A stretch of 64,000 nucleotides of DNA from Escherichia phage 236Ecol005PP. The notes below the pieces were generated by a model that saw only the letters and a program-made list of their open reading frames with translations, searched no databases and was not told the DNA's origin. This document shows positions 1 to 9,172 of this stretch, piece by piece. The stretch lies in the sequence record PP434423.1, one strand, 5' to 3'. A program made the translations under genes and the position numbers. Positions within the stretch are counted from its first letter, which is position 1. Each line of letters starts with the position of its first letter.

Positions 1-923
1 TTATCTTTAATTTTAGAAACAACTTTATCACCGGAACTTAATTGTGACAAACAGGTTGGACATAATCCACCTTCGTGATACATATTAATGACTTTATTAT
101 ACGAATCAATTTTTGATTTAATTAAAAATGCTTCTTGACCGATTTTATTAAATGCATCAGTCGGGTCTTCATCCAAAACAATATTAACTAATCTTTCATT
201 AGCTTCTTCTATTTCCGATTTTAACGTTTTAGCTTCTTTCGCCAAATCATCATACATATTCTGCAGACGAGTAAGGTTATCACCAGTTAATTTTTTCTGG
301 CGTTCAACGTTATCATTATATATTTTAATTTGTTGGATAATACTATCTTTTTTAACATCAAGCACTTGGTTTTGTGAATTTAATTCACGTATTAGTGCTT
401 TATTAAGCTTATCCATTTCAGCTAATGTTCCTACCTCAAGCAGGTCTTCCACAAGCTTTCTTCGCGCAGGGGTCGACAAACCCATGAAAGGGGTATACCC
501 TGCTGTACCAAGGACAACAATCTGCTTGAAACTGGCATATGACATTCCGATAAGCTGTTCAAATTCTGCTTGGAAATCTTTACTGCTGGCAGATTCATTA
601 AGACGTGTACCGTTAACGGTGATTTCGAAAACGTTTGGTTTTTGTCCTCTTTTGATATAGTACTTTTTCTCATCATATTCCATCCACAGTTCAACTAAAA
701 GTTCTTTCTTATTTGTGCTGTTTATTAATTGACCTTTCTTTACATCACGAAATGGCTTGCCAAAAAGCCCAAATGTGATGGCTTCTAACATAGTAGACTT
801 ACCACCGCCATTTCGTCCAGTAATAAGAGTTTTTTGAACCTTATCTAGTTGAATGTCAATAGGATTTCCACCTACTGACATTATATTTTGATACCTAACT
901 CGGTTTAGTTTAAAATTCTTCAC
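1..923 (-). CDS. 46: Recombination endonuclease subunit gp46 (Rad50/SbcC-like ATPase), N-terminal ~307 aa; 3' end lies beyond window start
   Basis: Minus frame open from GTG at 921-923 (AGGAA 7 nt upstream) to the window edge; Walker A GRNGGGKST; absent from ORF track because no stop in window. Confidence 0.85.
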   Translation of the reverse strand, partial: MKNFKLNRVRYQNIMSVGGNPIDIQLDKVQKTLITGRNGGGKSTMLEAITFGLFGKPFRDVKKGQLINSTNKKELLVELWMEYDEKKYYIKRGQKPNVFEITVNGTRLNESASSKDFQAEFEQLIGMSYASFKQIVVLGTAGYTPFMGLSTPARRKLVEDLLEVGTLAEMDKLNKALIRELNSQNQVLDVKKDSIIQQIKIYNDNVERQKKLTGDNLTRLQNMYDDLAKEAKTLKSEIEEANERLVNIVLDEDPTDAFNKIGQEAFLIKSKIDSYNKVINMYHEGGLCPTCLSQLSSGDKVVSKIKD

Positions 924-1183
924 AAAAGATTCCTTTTAATGTATCTTTTAGACCATTCTATCATATCATCATAATCTAAAAAGTATTCATCAAATTCAGC
1001 CATGCAAACAACACCTTGCGCTGCTTTTGATGTGATATAAATTATTCCAACATATCTAGAATCTTCTTCGGTGTAATCAATATTTGCTATGAATTCATCA
1101 TTAATGTCAAATGTCGAAAACTTCACAGTATGCATCCTTAATACAAGATACAGCCATATCTTGTAATGATTTAGGTGTGTCAT
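920..1183 (-). CDS. small hypothetical protein between genes 47 and 46 (true start may be internal Met at 1135)
   Basis: ORF track; packed between gp47 and gp46 on same strand; no motif recognised. Confidence 0.4.
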   Translation of the reverse strand: MTHLNHYKIWLYLVLRMHTVKFSTFDINDEFIANIDYTEEDSRYVGIIYITSKAAQGVVCMAEFDEYFLDYDDMIEWSKRYIKRNLL

Positions 1184-1370
1184 TATCTAAAATGTTGAAG
1201 TTAAAAGATACAGCCCAGTCAGTGCAGACCGTAACCTTTTTAATACAATTATCTTCAACTTCTAGCGGTTCAAACCAATATTCAATAATTTCTTTATGCC
1301 CAATATCATCTTTTACTTCGCATTCAAAATGCTGACTCATCATATCATTTTTAAATTCATCAAAAGTCAT
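1107..1370 (-). CDS. small hypothetical protein
   Basis: ORF track; start overlaps gp47 stop (1367-1370); no motif recognised. Confidence 0.45.
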   Translation of the reverse strand: MTFDEFKNDMMSQHFECEVKDDIGHKEIIEYWFEPLEVEDNCIKKVTVCTDWAVSFNFNILDNDTPKSLQDMAVSCIKDAYCEVFDI

Positions 1371-2386
1371 TGTGTTGCCTCTACATATAGCTGATTTGCA
1401 TATTGAATAAGTGCTTCGCGGTCAGAATCAGTGATGTCTGGAATTGCATTAATGTATTCTTCCATCAACGTCTGAAGAGATTGAACTTCAACTTCTTCAC
1501 TATCATCTGACTCGACAGAGTTATCAATCTTTGACACAACTCGTAATGAATGCACAACTTTTTCTAGTTCAGATTCGAACTTCGTTAGATTTTTGTCTAC
1601 TTCAGTTACTATAACACGTACTGATAGATTTGTAAAATCTTTATAGTCAATTTTTCCCTTAAATGGATATTGAATTCGACGATGCCAGGTAGTGTTGTTT
1701 GGAATAAATTCCATTCGTTCTGTTTCTGTATCAAACATCCAGAACCCGCGAGGGTCATTCTCGTCACCTGCAGTTAGTGTCCATGGTGTCCCAATATATC
1801 TGACGTTAGCAGCCTCAGAGATAGTATGGAAGTGACCAGACCACACCTCTTTATAAGTCTTAAGGAAATCAGGTTCAAGACCGTGAGATTTCATTCCTTT
1901 ATAAAAATAAAATCCATTCAGCTCCCAGTGACCAACACAAAAAGAAGCAGATGAAGTTTTGATGTGTTCAAGAATTTCACCAGTATTTTCTTCGCACATC
2001 CAAGGAATTAAATCAATCAAACATCCGTCAAAATCTACTGTAGTAGGCTTATCATATACTTTAACATTAGGATATTTAGCCAAAAGCTCAGTAGAAGCAT
2101 TTGGATGCATTACATTTTTATAGTGGAGATCGTGATTTCCTACAATAGTATGTAATGTGATTCCAGCGGCATCAAGCATTTGAACTATTTCACGAGCAAA
2201 CTCCATAGTTTTATGCGTGATCGCTTTTCGTACATCAAAAATATCACCGTATTGAATCCATGTAGTAATTCCATTTTTCTTAGAATATTCTATCGCTTGT
2301 TTAATTCCATCAATTTGAATACCGCGAATCCATTCATCATCAGCTTTAACGCCTAAATGCCAATCACCCAAGTTTAGTATTTTCAT
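1367..2386 (-). CDS. 47: Recombination nuclease subunit gp47 (Mre11/SbcD-like phosphoesterase)
   Basis: 339 aa; N-terminal LNLGDWHLG phosphoesterase motif I, GNHD motif; paired with Rad50-like gp46 downstream. Confidence 0.9.
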   Translation of the reverse strand: MKILNLGDWHLGVKADDEWIRGIQIDGIKQAIEYSKKNGITTWIQYGDIFDVRKAITHKTMEFAREIVQMLDAAGITLHTIVGNHDLHYKNVMHPNASTELLAKYPNVKVYDKPTTVDFDGCLIDLIPWMCEENTGEILEHIKTSSASFCVGHWELNGFYFYKGMKSHGLEPDFLKTYKEVWSGHFHTISEAANVRYIGTPWTLTAGDENDPRGFWMFDTETERMEFIPNNTTWHRRIQYPFKGKIDYKDFTNLSVRVIVTEVDKNLTKFESELEKVVHSLRVVSKIDNSVESDDSEEVEVQSLQTLMEEYINAIPDITDSDREALIQYANQLYVEATQ

Positions 2387-2987
2387 GGTGTCTTTTCCAT
2401 CCTAATTTAGCTGCTTTTGAAACTAGTTCTTTAATTTTTCCTTTTGTCCATTCAGGACCAGGAGGTTCATGACATAACATTTGCTTAACTCCGTTATTAT
2501 ACCATTTTTTACCTTTATTATGTGATGAAGCTTTAAATTTATTTGACCTTCCTTTTACATAACCTTCTGGAATATACGGTAAAAAGGCAGATTTTCCTGT
2601 TAATGGGTCATGTGAATGTATGTTTCCTTTACAATTATGAGAACCATATAATGGATGATTTTGTCCTTTAATATCTCTTCCAAATGAACCTTTTGGAGCA
2701 GCATATGACATATTAAAGAATAATGGATTTTTAACCGCATTATGCAAACGTTGATAATATAGCTCGCATTTAATAGCTTCTTCGCGCGTATCAAATTCAT
2801 CTAAAATGCATGAATCAAATAAATGTGGGTTATTTGAAAGTTCTTCATTATAAATTTTCTTATACTTTTTAGATAAAACTGATCCATGATAGCCGGCTAA
2901 ATGCCTATCTAAAGATGTAGATCCAATATAAAAAGGAGGAAGTTTATCTCCACTATATATTGTTAAATAAGTTATATATTTTTTCAT
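2364..2987 (-). CDS. putative GIY-YIG homing endonuclease (Seg-like)
   Basis: 207 aa; N-terminal TIY-x9-YIG (LTIYSGDKLPPFYIGSTS), downstream conserved R/E/N positions, basic C-terminal half; 3' end overlaps gene 47 start by 23 nt. Confidence 0.55.
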   Translation of the reverse strand: MKKYITYLTIYSGDKLPPFYIGSTSLDRHLAGYHGSVLSKKYKKIYNEELSNNPHLFDSCILDEFDTREEAIKCELYYQRLHNAVKNPLFFNMSYAAPKGSFGRDIKGQNHPLYGSHNCKGNIHSHDPLTGKSAFLPYIPEGYVKGRSNKFKASSHNKGKKWYNNGVKQMLCHEPPGPEWTKGKIKELVSKAAKLGWKRHHENTKLG

Positions 2988-3145
2988 ATATCAAGAACCG
3001 TCATTGAAATGCAAAATAAAATTATTGAAATAAATCCATCTGGAGTACTAAAGAACCCAATCCAACATGCTCTAGCAAATAGATAAAATGCAAGAAAAAG
3101 TATCACATATCCAAGAAATATCATTATATCAAACTCCATATAAAG

Positions 3146-3163
3146 CTAAAGGGCCGAAGCCCT
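3146..3163 (-). terminator. GC-rich tetraloop hairpin immediately 3' of a-gt stop
   Basis: plus aaagggccgaagcccttt = minus GGGC-UUCG-GCCC stem-loop abutting stop codon at 3164-3166. Confidence 0.4.
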
Positions 3164-4366
3164 TTATTTTGTAATAATGTCAAACTGTTCTTTAAAGCAG
3201 AAGCTTGAATCTTGGTGCTGATACAAAAATTCATAAGCTTTTTCACGTTCACGGTCATAAAGAGCTCGGTCAGATGACAGTTCTTTAATACGTTCGAGTG
3301 TCGATTCCATGTCATTTTCATCAAACCAAATGATACCGCTATCATGCGAGGTCAAAGGAGTATTATCAACACGGAATTTCAAATTATCACCCGTTGATTT
3401 CCAGAAAACAGGAATTGTACCACAAGCACCTAATTCAAGATGAGTATATTCGAGTGAGCGTTGTAAGTATTTCTGGTTAAGTTTACTCAACTGATATCCA
3501 AAGCCAGATTTACTCATTCGTTCAAGCATTTCACTATTAATATAACAATCTAGGATTTGTGCCGGTTGATTCGGCGCGAGATTCATTTTATCAATCTCAC
3601 GATTACCGTAATATTCATGCGGAATACCTTTTTCCTTAATTGCAATAAAAGCAGGGGAACGTTCAAGACCTTCCATTACAGTGGATTTACCAGCAGGTTT
3701 TAAGAATTTTTCATGAAAATCAAACATCTGATAAAAACCTTTCCATGTAGTCGTACGACCAATCCAACGGTTGATGTTCATGTTAATTTCAGAAACATCT
3801 TTCCAATAAGTTGACCGAACCTTCGCAATATCCATAGGAGGCTGAAAATTATATACTGTTGGTGCTTCTTCAATATCATCAAACAGAGAAACAGTTTCTG
3901 GATACCATTCTTTCATCAGAACTTTATTAAAATCACCATTATCAGAATGGCTAAAAATAACATCAGCTCGACGAACAGTTTCTTCTAATCCCAAATTTCG
4001 ACGCAAAGAAAGCACAGAATGATCATGCTGATAAACTACAACACGAATAGAAGGTTTAATATTATCTAAGAGTTTTTTATAGTTATTAATCGTAGCTTCT
4101 TGAACGGAAGTAGCAGGAACAGAATTAATAATTAGAATATCACAATCATTAATCAATTTAAGTGCTTTATCGTATTCTTTAGCTAAAATAACTGGAATTG
4201 AAAATGATTTGTGGTCATGAGAACTTGTACGAGTAAATGATTTATCTTTAGCATAAACCAGAGTTACTTCATGACCATTTTTAATGAACCAATCACGTTG
4301 CTCAAGAGAAAATTTAGTTACGCCGCAACCTTCAAGACCCCGAGCCATAAAAATGCATACTTTCAT
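3164..4366 (-). CDS. a-gt: DNA alpha-glucosyltransferase (HMC-DNA glucosylation)
   Basis: 400 aa, N-terminus MKVCIFMARGLEGCGVTKFSLEQRDWF matches my recollection of T4 a-gt; T4-like position between 47 and 55. Confidence 0.85.
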   Translation of the reverse strand: MKVCIFMARGLEGCGVTKFSLEQRDWFIKNGHEVTLVYAKDKSFTRTSSHDHKSFSIPVILAKEYDKALKLINDCDILIINSVPATSVQEATINNYKKLLDNIKPSIRVVVYQHDHSVLSLRRNLGLEETVRRADVIFSHSDNGDFNKVLMKEWYPETVSLFDDIEEAPTVYNFQPPMDIAKVRSTYWKDVSEINMNINRWIGRTTTWKGFYQMFDFHEKFLKPAGKSTVMEGLERSPAFIAIKEKGIPHEYYGNREIDKMNLAPNQPAQILDCYINSEMLERMSKSGFGYQLSKLNQKYLQRSLEYTHLELGACGTIPVFWKSTGDNLKFRVDNTPLTSHDSGIIWFDENDMESTLERIKELSSDRALYDREREKAYEFLYQHQDSSFCFKEQFDIITK

Positions 4367-4390
4367 TTAATATCCTCATTGTTTTGGTTT

Positions 4391-4414
4391 ATTTTACAAA
4401 AAATTTATAAAGCA
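4391..4414 (-). promoter_or_regulatory. candidate MotA-type middle promoter upstream of a-gt
   Basis: minus strand TTGCTTTA (MotA-box-like) followed 11 nt later by TAAAAT, ~25 nt upstream of a-gt ATG. Confidence 0.3.
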
Positions 4415-4609
4415 ATATAGGAGCAGAAGCTCCTATCCGCATAATACACCATACAGAGGCTCATTAGAGCTTCTAAATTTTATACGTTTATATGTTATAG
4501 TTCCTTCCGCTTTAGCTTTATCATGAGCCTCTTTAAAGCGTCTCATCATTTCCTCTTTAGAGGAACGAATTTTATTATAATCTATTTCAGAAGTCTGGAT
4601 GTTCATCTT

Positions 4610-4816
4610 TCACAGTTGCCACCATTTTTTGACTTGATAAGAATCAACCCACACTTTCATATTAGGGTCTGCTCTTACAATAGGAGGATTAACTTCTTTA
4701 ATTGAACTATCATGGTATTCTTTTTCAGAAATTTTCACACAAAGATGACCATTCAAAGATTCAGTAAATCCTGCATTAATTTTAAGACGCTTGAATTTTA
4801 CGTGTGTAAGCATCAA
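4610..4816 (-). CDS. small hypothetical protein
   Basis: ORF track; tandem minus-strand packing. Confidence 0.4.
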   Translation of the reverse strand: MMLTHVKFKRLKINAGFTESLNGHLCVKISEKEYHDSSIKEVNPPIVRADPNMKVWVDSYQVKKWWQL

Positions 4817-5099
4817 TCATATCCTCAATCTGCGATCTAGTAGTCTTCCAAAGAATACTAATGAGTTCATCGTTATATGGCTGTTTTAGAATATCCCGAC
4901 TTTTCTTGATAGCATATTCGTATTGAGCAAAATTATTGTTTTCAGCTGCAATCTGAGCGTGTTTATAAAGACGGTTCAGTTCGCGCTTATTTTTAGACAA
5001 TAACTTATTTGCTTTTCTTTCTGCTTCAAGACGGTTCTTTTCTTCAATAGAAGAAATAAGCTTTTCCACTTCATCATTAATTTCGGGTTTATCAGTCAT
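4782..5099 (-). CDS. small hypothetical protein (charged, helical)
   Basis: ORF track; 105 aa. Confidence 0.45.
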   Translation of the reverse strand: MTDKPEINDEVEKLISSIEEKNRLEAERKANKLLSKNKRELNRLYKHAQIAAENNNFAQYEYAIKKSRDILKQPYNDELISILWKTTRSQIEDMIDAYTRKIQAS

Positions 5100-5100
5100 A

Positions 5101-5319
5101 TTATTTCTCTAATATAAAATAAAAATCATCATCTGTTAAATGATACCGATAGTTTAATTCTACACCATTAGATTTAAAAGCGGTATCATACGGATTTTCT
5201 GGATCAATATCAATGTCAAGAGCTAAAACTTCCCTGAGATACATTTTAAGTAAATAGGGAATAGCTTCAACTTCAGGTATTTCTTCCAAGAATCCGGAGA
5301 GGTTAATCGTTAGCCTCAT
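5101..5319 (-). CDS. small hypothetical acidic protein
   Basis: ORF track; 72 aa; abuts gene 55 stop. Confidence 0.45.
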
Positions 5320-5860
5320 ATAAAAAATCCAAACTAGGAGAATCGTCTACAACACTTTTCTTTTCAGCCCCTGGTGTTCTATAGGTTGATTCTTCGTAAT
5401 GCGTCATTTTATCGTAGATGTCTTGAATAAAAGTTTCATCTACTAACGCAACCATATCGTCGTCACGACTGTCATAGACATTGTGAACGAAGTAACTATA
5501 TTTCTTTGCAACTTCCTTACGTTCTTTTTTAATACGTTGGACGAATGCATTAAAACAAGCTTGAGTTATATATGCATGCGGGTTTTTATATTTCGTTTCA
5601 TCAAAATTATGAAGCCCCTTAATAGAAGCTTCTATACCATCTGCAATCATTTCTTGTTTCCAAGACTGGGTGTATCCTGAAAAGTTGAAACGTTTAGATA
5701 AGCCTTCTGCAATAAGCATAATGGCTAATCCGATAGTATCATTCTGACGAACTACTTTATTTGGGTCTTTATTATTTGCTAATTCTGTTTTCCAATCAAT
5801 AATAGCTTGTAAAAGCTCTTTATTGTTTACGTAATTATATTTAGGCTTAGTTTCTGACAT
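5303..5860 (-). CDS. 55: Late-transcription sigma factor gp55
   Basis: 185 aa from Met-3 of ORF ([20 protein letters not shown]...), matches T4 gp55 length and N-terminus as recalled. Confidence 0.9.
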
Positions 5861-5938
5861 TTTCACCTCTTAGCTCAATTCATAGATCTATTATATCATA
5901 ATATTTGAAGATCTATCTTAAAGCATAGAGGATATCAG

Positions 5939-6208
5939 TTATCTAAGTAAACAGTATGCTTGGAATACTTTCTCCATCATCTTTTTAAATTCATGAATAT
6001 CTATATAATGATCATTAATATCAGCACGATATAAAAAGTCTAAAAACTTTTTATGGGTGTTAGAATATTTACTTCCAGTTAATTCAGAAACATGGCTTTC
6101 CCAATATCCAACACCAGTCTTATTTGGGAAAAATGAAATTTTCATATATTGGTCAACATAGAAAATACCAAAATTTTCAATAGCAATAGAAATATTAATT
6201 AATTTCAT
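5939..6208 (-). CDS. small hypothetical protein
   Basis: ORF track; 89 aa. Confidence 0.45.
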   Translation of the reverse strand: MKLINISIAIENFGIFYVDQYMKISFFPNKTGVGYWESHVSELTGSKYSNTHKKFLDFLYRADINDHYIDIHEFKKMMEKVFQAYCLLR

Positions 6209-6426
6209 GCATTCATCAACTTAGCCGCTTCAAGAGCTGCATCTAGTGAATCAAATTGGTCAACGTATTCAATCAATTCGCCGTAATTAACATATAACCA
6301 CCATTGGCTAAATTCATACTCAAGGATGAATCCATTTCCTTCAATTTGAGTTAAACCAATGCCATTTGTATTTACTTCATATCCGGCAAGACGCAAATCG
6401 TTAATAAGAGCTTCATTCATATTCAT
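6205..6426 (-). CDS. small hypothetical acidic protein
   Basis: ORF track; 73 aa; start/stop overlaps with neighbours. Confidence 0.45.
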   Translation of the reverse strand: MNMNEALINDLRLAGYEVNTNGIGLTQIEGNGFILEYEFSQWWLYVNYGELIEYVDQFDSLDAALEAAKLMNA

Positions 6427-6749
6427 ACCTTAGTAATTTTCAGATCAGCAAATTTTTTCTTGCGTTGATTTTTCATACGACGAATAGTTTTATCAGAAAT
6501 TTCATGCTTTTGATAAGCTTTAGATTCTACACCAAAAGCTTTAACATCAAATTCTGACAAGATATATTGAACCATCAATTCACGGACAGTATTTCGTCCA
6601 ATCTTCTGATCATTCTGTTTCATCGTCTGATGAAGCTCTTTTTCCCATTTATCCAAAATTTGAGGAGTTACAATATCGCCTTTTTCTAGCAAAGAAACTA
6701 CTTTATCATATGCATAAGAATTGATGGCGTTTTTAATTTGAATAGTCAT
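6423..6749 (-). CDS. small hypothetical basic protein
   Basis: ORF track; 108 aa. Confidence 0.45.
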   Translation of the reverse strand: MTIQIKNAINSYAYDKVVSLLEKGDIVTPQILDKWEKELHQTMKQNDQKIGRNTVRELMVQYILSEFDVKAFGVESKAYQKHEISDKTIRRMKNQRKKKFADLKITKV

Positions 6750-6787
6750 ACATTATCCTCAATTACATTAAAATTTTATTATCCAAA

Positions 6788-6803
6788 AAGGGCCGAAGCC
6801 CTT
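6788..6803 (-). terminator. tetraloop hairpin (GGGC-UUCG-GCCC)
   Basis: plus aagggccgaagccctt overlapping stop of 6802..7002 ORF. Confidence 0.35.
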
Positions 6804-7002
6804 AGCTAAACTTTTTGGCACCCTTCCAGCCTTCGTACATCATTGCGGCTGACATTAATATTGCTCCTGAGCAACTTGAATATTTGTGATTCCAAAACCA
6901 ATTTAGAAAAACTTCGTCATCAATACCTTGAGCTATCATATTTTCAAAGAACTGACGACGAGCTTCAGCAATTCGTTGTGATAATTTAGATTCAGGATTC
7001 AT
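6802..7002 (-). CDS. small hypothetical protein
   Basis: ORF track; 66 aa. Confidence 0.4.
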   Translation of the reverse strand: MNPESKLSQRIAEARRQFFENMIAQGIDDEVFLNWFWNHKYSSCSGAILMSAAMMYEGWKGAKKFS

Positions 7003-7134
7003 TTAAATTTTCCAGTTACCGTTTTCATCAATGAATTTAATCCAGTCATTTACTGACCACTTGGTCGTATCGCCTTTTGGAGCAACATTTAAAGTGTATA
7101 ATCCTTGTTTAAAAAGCATACGTTTGATATTCAT
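7003..7134 (-). CDS. small hypothetical protein (ORF track 7003..7218, trimmed to internal Met to avoid 77-nt overlap)
   Basis: ORF track; start choice uncertain. Confidence 0.3.
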   Translation of the reverse strand: MNIKRMLFKQGLYTLNVAPKGDTTKWSVNDWIKFIDENGNWKI

Positions 7135-7141
7135 ATTTTCC

Positions 7142-7480
7142 TCAGCTGTAACGATAACACTCGTTTGATTTACGTTTAGCAACTCGTTGAGAAGTATTGT
7201 AATCAAAATCATCGTCAATGTAAACTGATTTTTTCAACTTTCTTACTTCACTACGTAATTGACGATTTAGCTCATCTTTAACTTCTGAATCAATGCCTTT
7301 CATTCTACGCCATTTATCAGAGCGAAAAATGTTTTCAACCATATCTTTATGACTTACACCATCAGGAGCTTTACGCTTTCCGAAATAGTCATAATCACGT
7401 ACTTTTAAATCTTTACGACGATACGTTTTACCCATGGAGTTTAATTTCCTTAGCAACTGAACTAAATACAGCACGGTCAC
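7142..7480 (-). CDS. hypothetical basic protein
   Basis: ORF track; 112 aa, Lys/Arg-rich. Confidence 0.45.
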   Translation of the reverse strand: MTVLYLVQLLRKLNSMGKTYRRKDLKVRDYDYFGKRKAPDGVSHKDMVENIFRSDKWRRMKGIDSEVKDELNRQLRSEVRKLKKSVYIDDDFDYNTSQRVAKRKSNECYRYS

Positions 7481-7603
7481 AAATCATGCGTTTGTTCCAT
7501 TTAAGTACAGTATAATGAACATCTAGATCATCTACTGCTGTAACAATAACAATATGTCCGTTAACACGATAATACTGGTCCCTTTTAATCTCTTTATCAA
7601 CCA
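7427..7603 (-). CDS. small hypothetical protein (58 aa, below ORF-track cutoff)
   Basis: ATG at 7601-7603 preceded by GAGGAA SD; sits just downstream of an early promoter. Confidence 0.35.
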
Positions 7604-7634
7604 TATCAATTCCTCAAAGGCAATTCATATGTTA

Positions 7635-7664
7635 ATAATACCACAGTTTGAACTTCTTGTAAAC
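7635..7664 (-). promoter_or_regulatory. T4-type early promoter
   Basis: minus strand GTTTACA -35, 17-nt spacer, TATTAT -10. Confidence 0.45.
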
Positions 7665-7745
7665 AACTTTGTGAAAATTATTTTAGGGAATGATAAGAAG
7701 GGAACGATAGCTTAGAATGGTAATATACAGAATGTGAGAAAGAAA

Positions 7746-7758
7746 GGCCCAGAGGGCC
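7746..7758 (-). terminator. short GC hairpin 3' of nrdH
   Basis: GGCCC-AGA-GGGCC immediately after nrdH stop (7763-7765). Confidence 0.3.
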
Positions 7759-7762
7759 CGTC

Positions 7763-8086
7763 TTAGTCTTCTATGATATCTCTATCATATCCAAGTGAAA
7801 TGAGAGTTTCTTTGAAGTGTTTAATGTTCTTTTGTCTAGAATCATTGATGAAAATGACTGGATAACGAATGTTAAGAGATGTGAATCCAGCTCGTTTAGC
7901 AAGAGATACAATCAGTGGGCGATCATACTCAATCTTACCATTATTTGTAAGAACTTTATAGAAAGTAAAAGGAGCATTGAGCTCCTTTAGAAGTTTTGTA
8001 ACTGATTGACATCCAGGACAACGACCTACTTCATCTGGAATTCCATAGACTTCAATCTTATTCTTTAAGTTCGAGTTTTGTTCCAC
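7763..8086 (-). CDS. nrdH: Glutaredoxin-like protein NrdH
   Basis: CPGC redox motif, KIEVYG beta-1 strand; start assigned to GTG 8084-8086 with AGGAA SD (ORF track 7763..8215 begins at a far-upstream Met overlapping next gene). Confidence 0.65.
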   Translation of the reverse strand: MEQNSNLKNKIEVYGIPDEVGRCPGCQSVTKLLKELNAPFTFYKVLTNNGKIEYDRPLIVSLAKRAGFTSLNIRYPVIFINDSRQKNIKHFKETLISLGYDRDIIED

Positions 8087-8369
8087 GAGAAATAATTCCT
8101 TGATAAGCCCAGTATGGCGGGTTAACAGAATCATCGCCAGAATTTTCTTCAGGAAAATAAACCTGGATAACAAATCCAGATGCATCAAAGGTAAAATAAA
8201 CCGTAGGTAATTCACCTAACAATTCAGCACGGTTATTAATTTCTTCAAGTTCTCGTTCTCGTCCAGCCCAAAAACTAGGATTTAGACTACATTCATAGAA
8301 ATAATAGTCATTACCGAACATATCAAAACCCTTCCAACTCTCTACCACGTACCGCTCAAAACTAATCAT
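8058..8369 (-). CDS. hypothetical protein
   Basis: ORF track; 103 aa. Confidence 0.45.
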   Translation of the reverse strand: MISFERYVVESWKGFDMFGNDYYFYECSLNPSFWAGRERELEEINNRAELLGELPTVYFTFDASGFVIQVYFPEENSGDDSVNPPYWAYQGIISRGTKLELKE

Positions 8370-8371
8370 AA

Positions 8372-8611
8372 TTAAGCCTTTTTATCAAGAACAGCATTCA
8401 GTTTGTTAGTAATTTTATCCAGACGCTCATTAAACTCGCTAGAAGATAAGCCTTTTTCTGGAGAAATTAAGCTAATCACGAAAAATATAGCAATAAAAGG
8501 AATAAGGAAAATAGCTCCAACTGCCATAAACAAAAAGAATGTTACGGTTGTAAGAAAATCAGCTAAACCTTTACGAAATTTATACATATTTACCCTTAAT
8601 TGATTAACCAA
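8372..8611 (-). CDS. small membrane protein (one long hydrophobic helix)
   Basis: ORF track; FLFMAVGAIFLIPFIAIFFVISLI segment. Confidence 0.45.
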   Translation of the reverse strand: MVNQLRVNMYKFRKGLADFLTTVTFFLFMAVGAIFLIPFIAIFFVISLISPEKGLSSSEFNERLDKITNKLNAVLDKKA

Positions 8612-8701
8612 GCATTGATAAGCACTAAACTATACTGCGAATAAAATTCTGGACCAAAATGAAAAATCATATCATTTATAGTGTCCATAATATAATTCAA
8701 T

Positions 8702-9172
8702 TTAATCATGTTTCCACACCCCATCGGTATTTGACCAAAGTCGCTGATTATCTGAACCTCGCCACAGCTTTTTGGTCGGAAGATTTTTCTCATACTTCCC
8801 ATCAATAATAACATCAACATATTTAAGCATTTCTAGTTGTTTAATATCTTCAAACTTATATCCTGTCCACAACCAAATGCTTTTATTCGGATAAAGATTT
8901 TTTACTGTTTGAACAATGCAATGAACAACATCTCGGTTATCAGGATAAAGAGGGTCACCTCCAGTTATAGTTAATCCTTCTATATAATCATTATTCAAAC
9001 ATTCAATTAATTGTTCTAGTGTTTCACCAGTGAATGGAACGCCATTTCTAGCATTCCAAGTACTACGATTATAACAACCTTCACATTTATGCAAACAACC
9101 TGTAACGAAAAGAACGACCCTGCATCCAGGGCCATTCACAAAATCGCAAGGATAAAATCTATCATAATTCAT
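8702..9172 (-). CDS. nrdG: Anaerobic ribonucleotide reductase activating protein (radical SAM)
   Basis: 156 aa; CxxxCxxC radical-SAM cluster motif (GCLHKCEGCYN); directly downstream of nrdD with 4-nt overlap. Confidence 0.9.
   Translation of the reverse strand: MNYDRFYPCDFVNGPGCRVVLFVTGCLHKCEGCYNRSTWNARNGVPFTGETLEQLIECLNNDYIEGLTITGGDPLYPDNRDVVHCIVQTVKNLYPNKSIWLWTGYKFEDIKQLEMLKYVDVIIDGKYEKNLPTKKLWRGSDNQRLWSNTDGVWKHD

Noticed and set aside
8596-8820. 74-aa ORF overlapping nrdG in another frame
   Set aside because: Mostly internal to nrdG; only ~30 codons would be unique; no motif.
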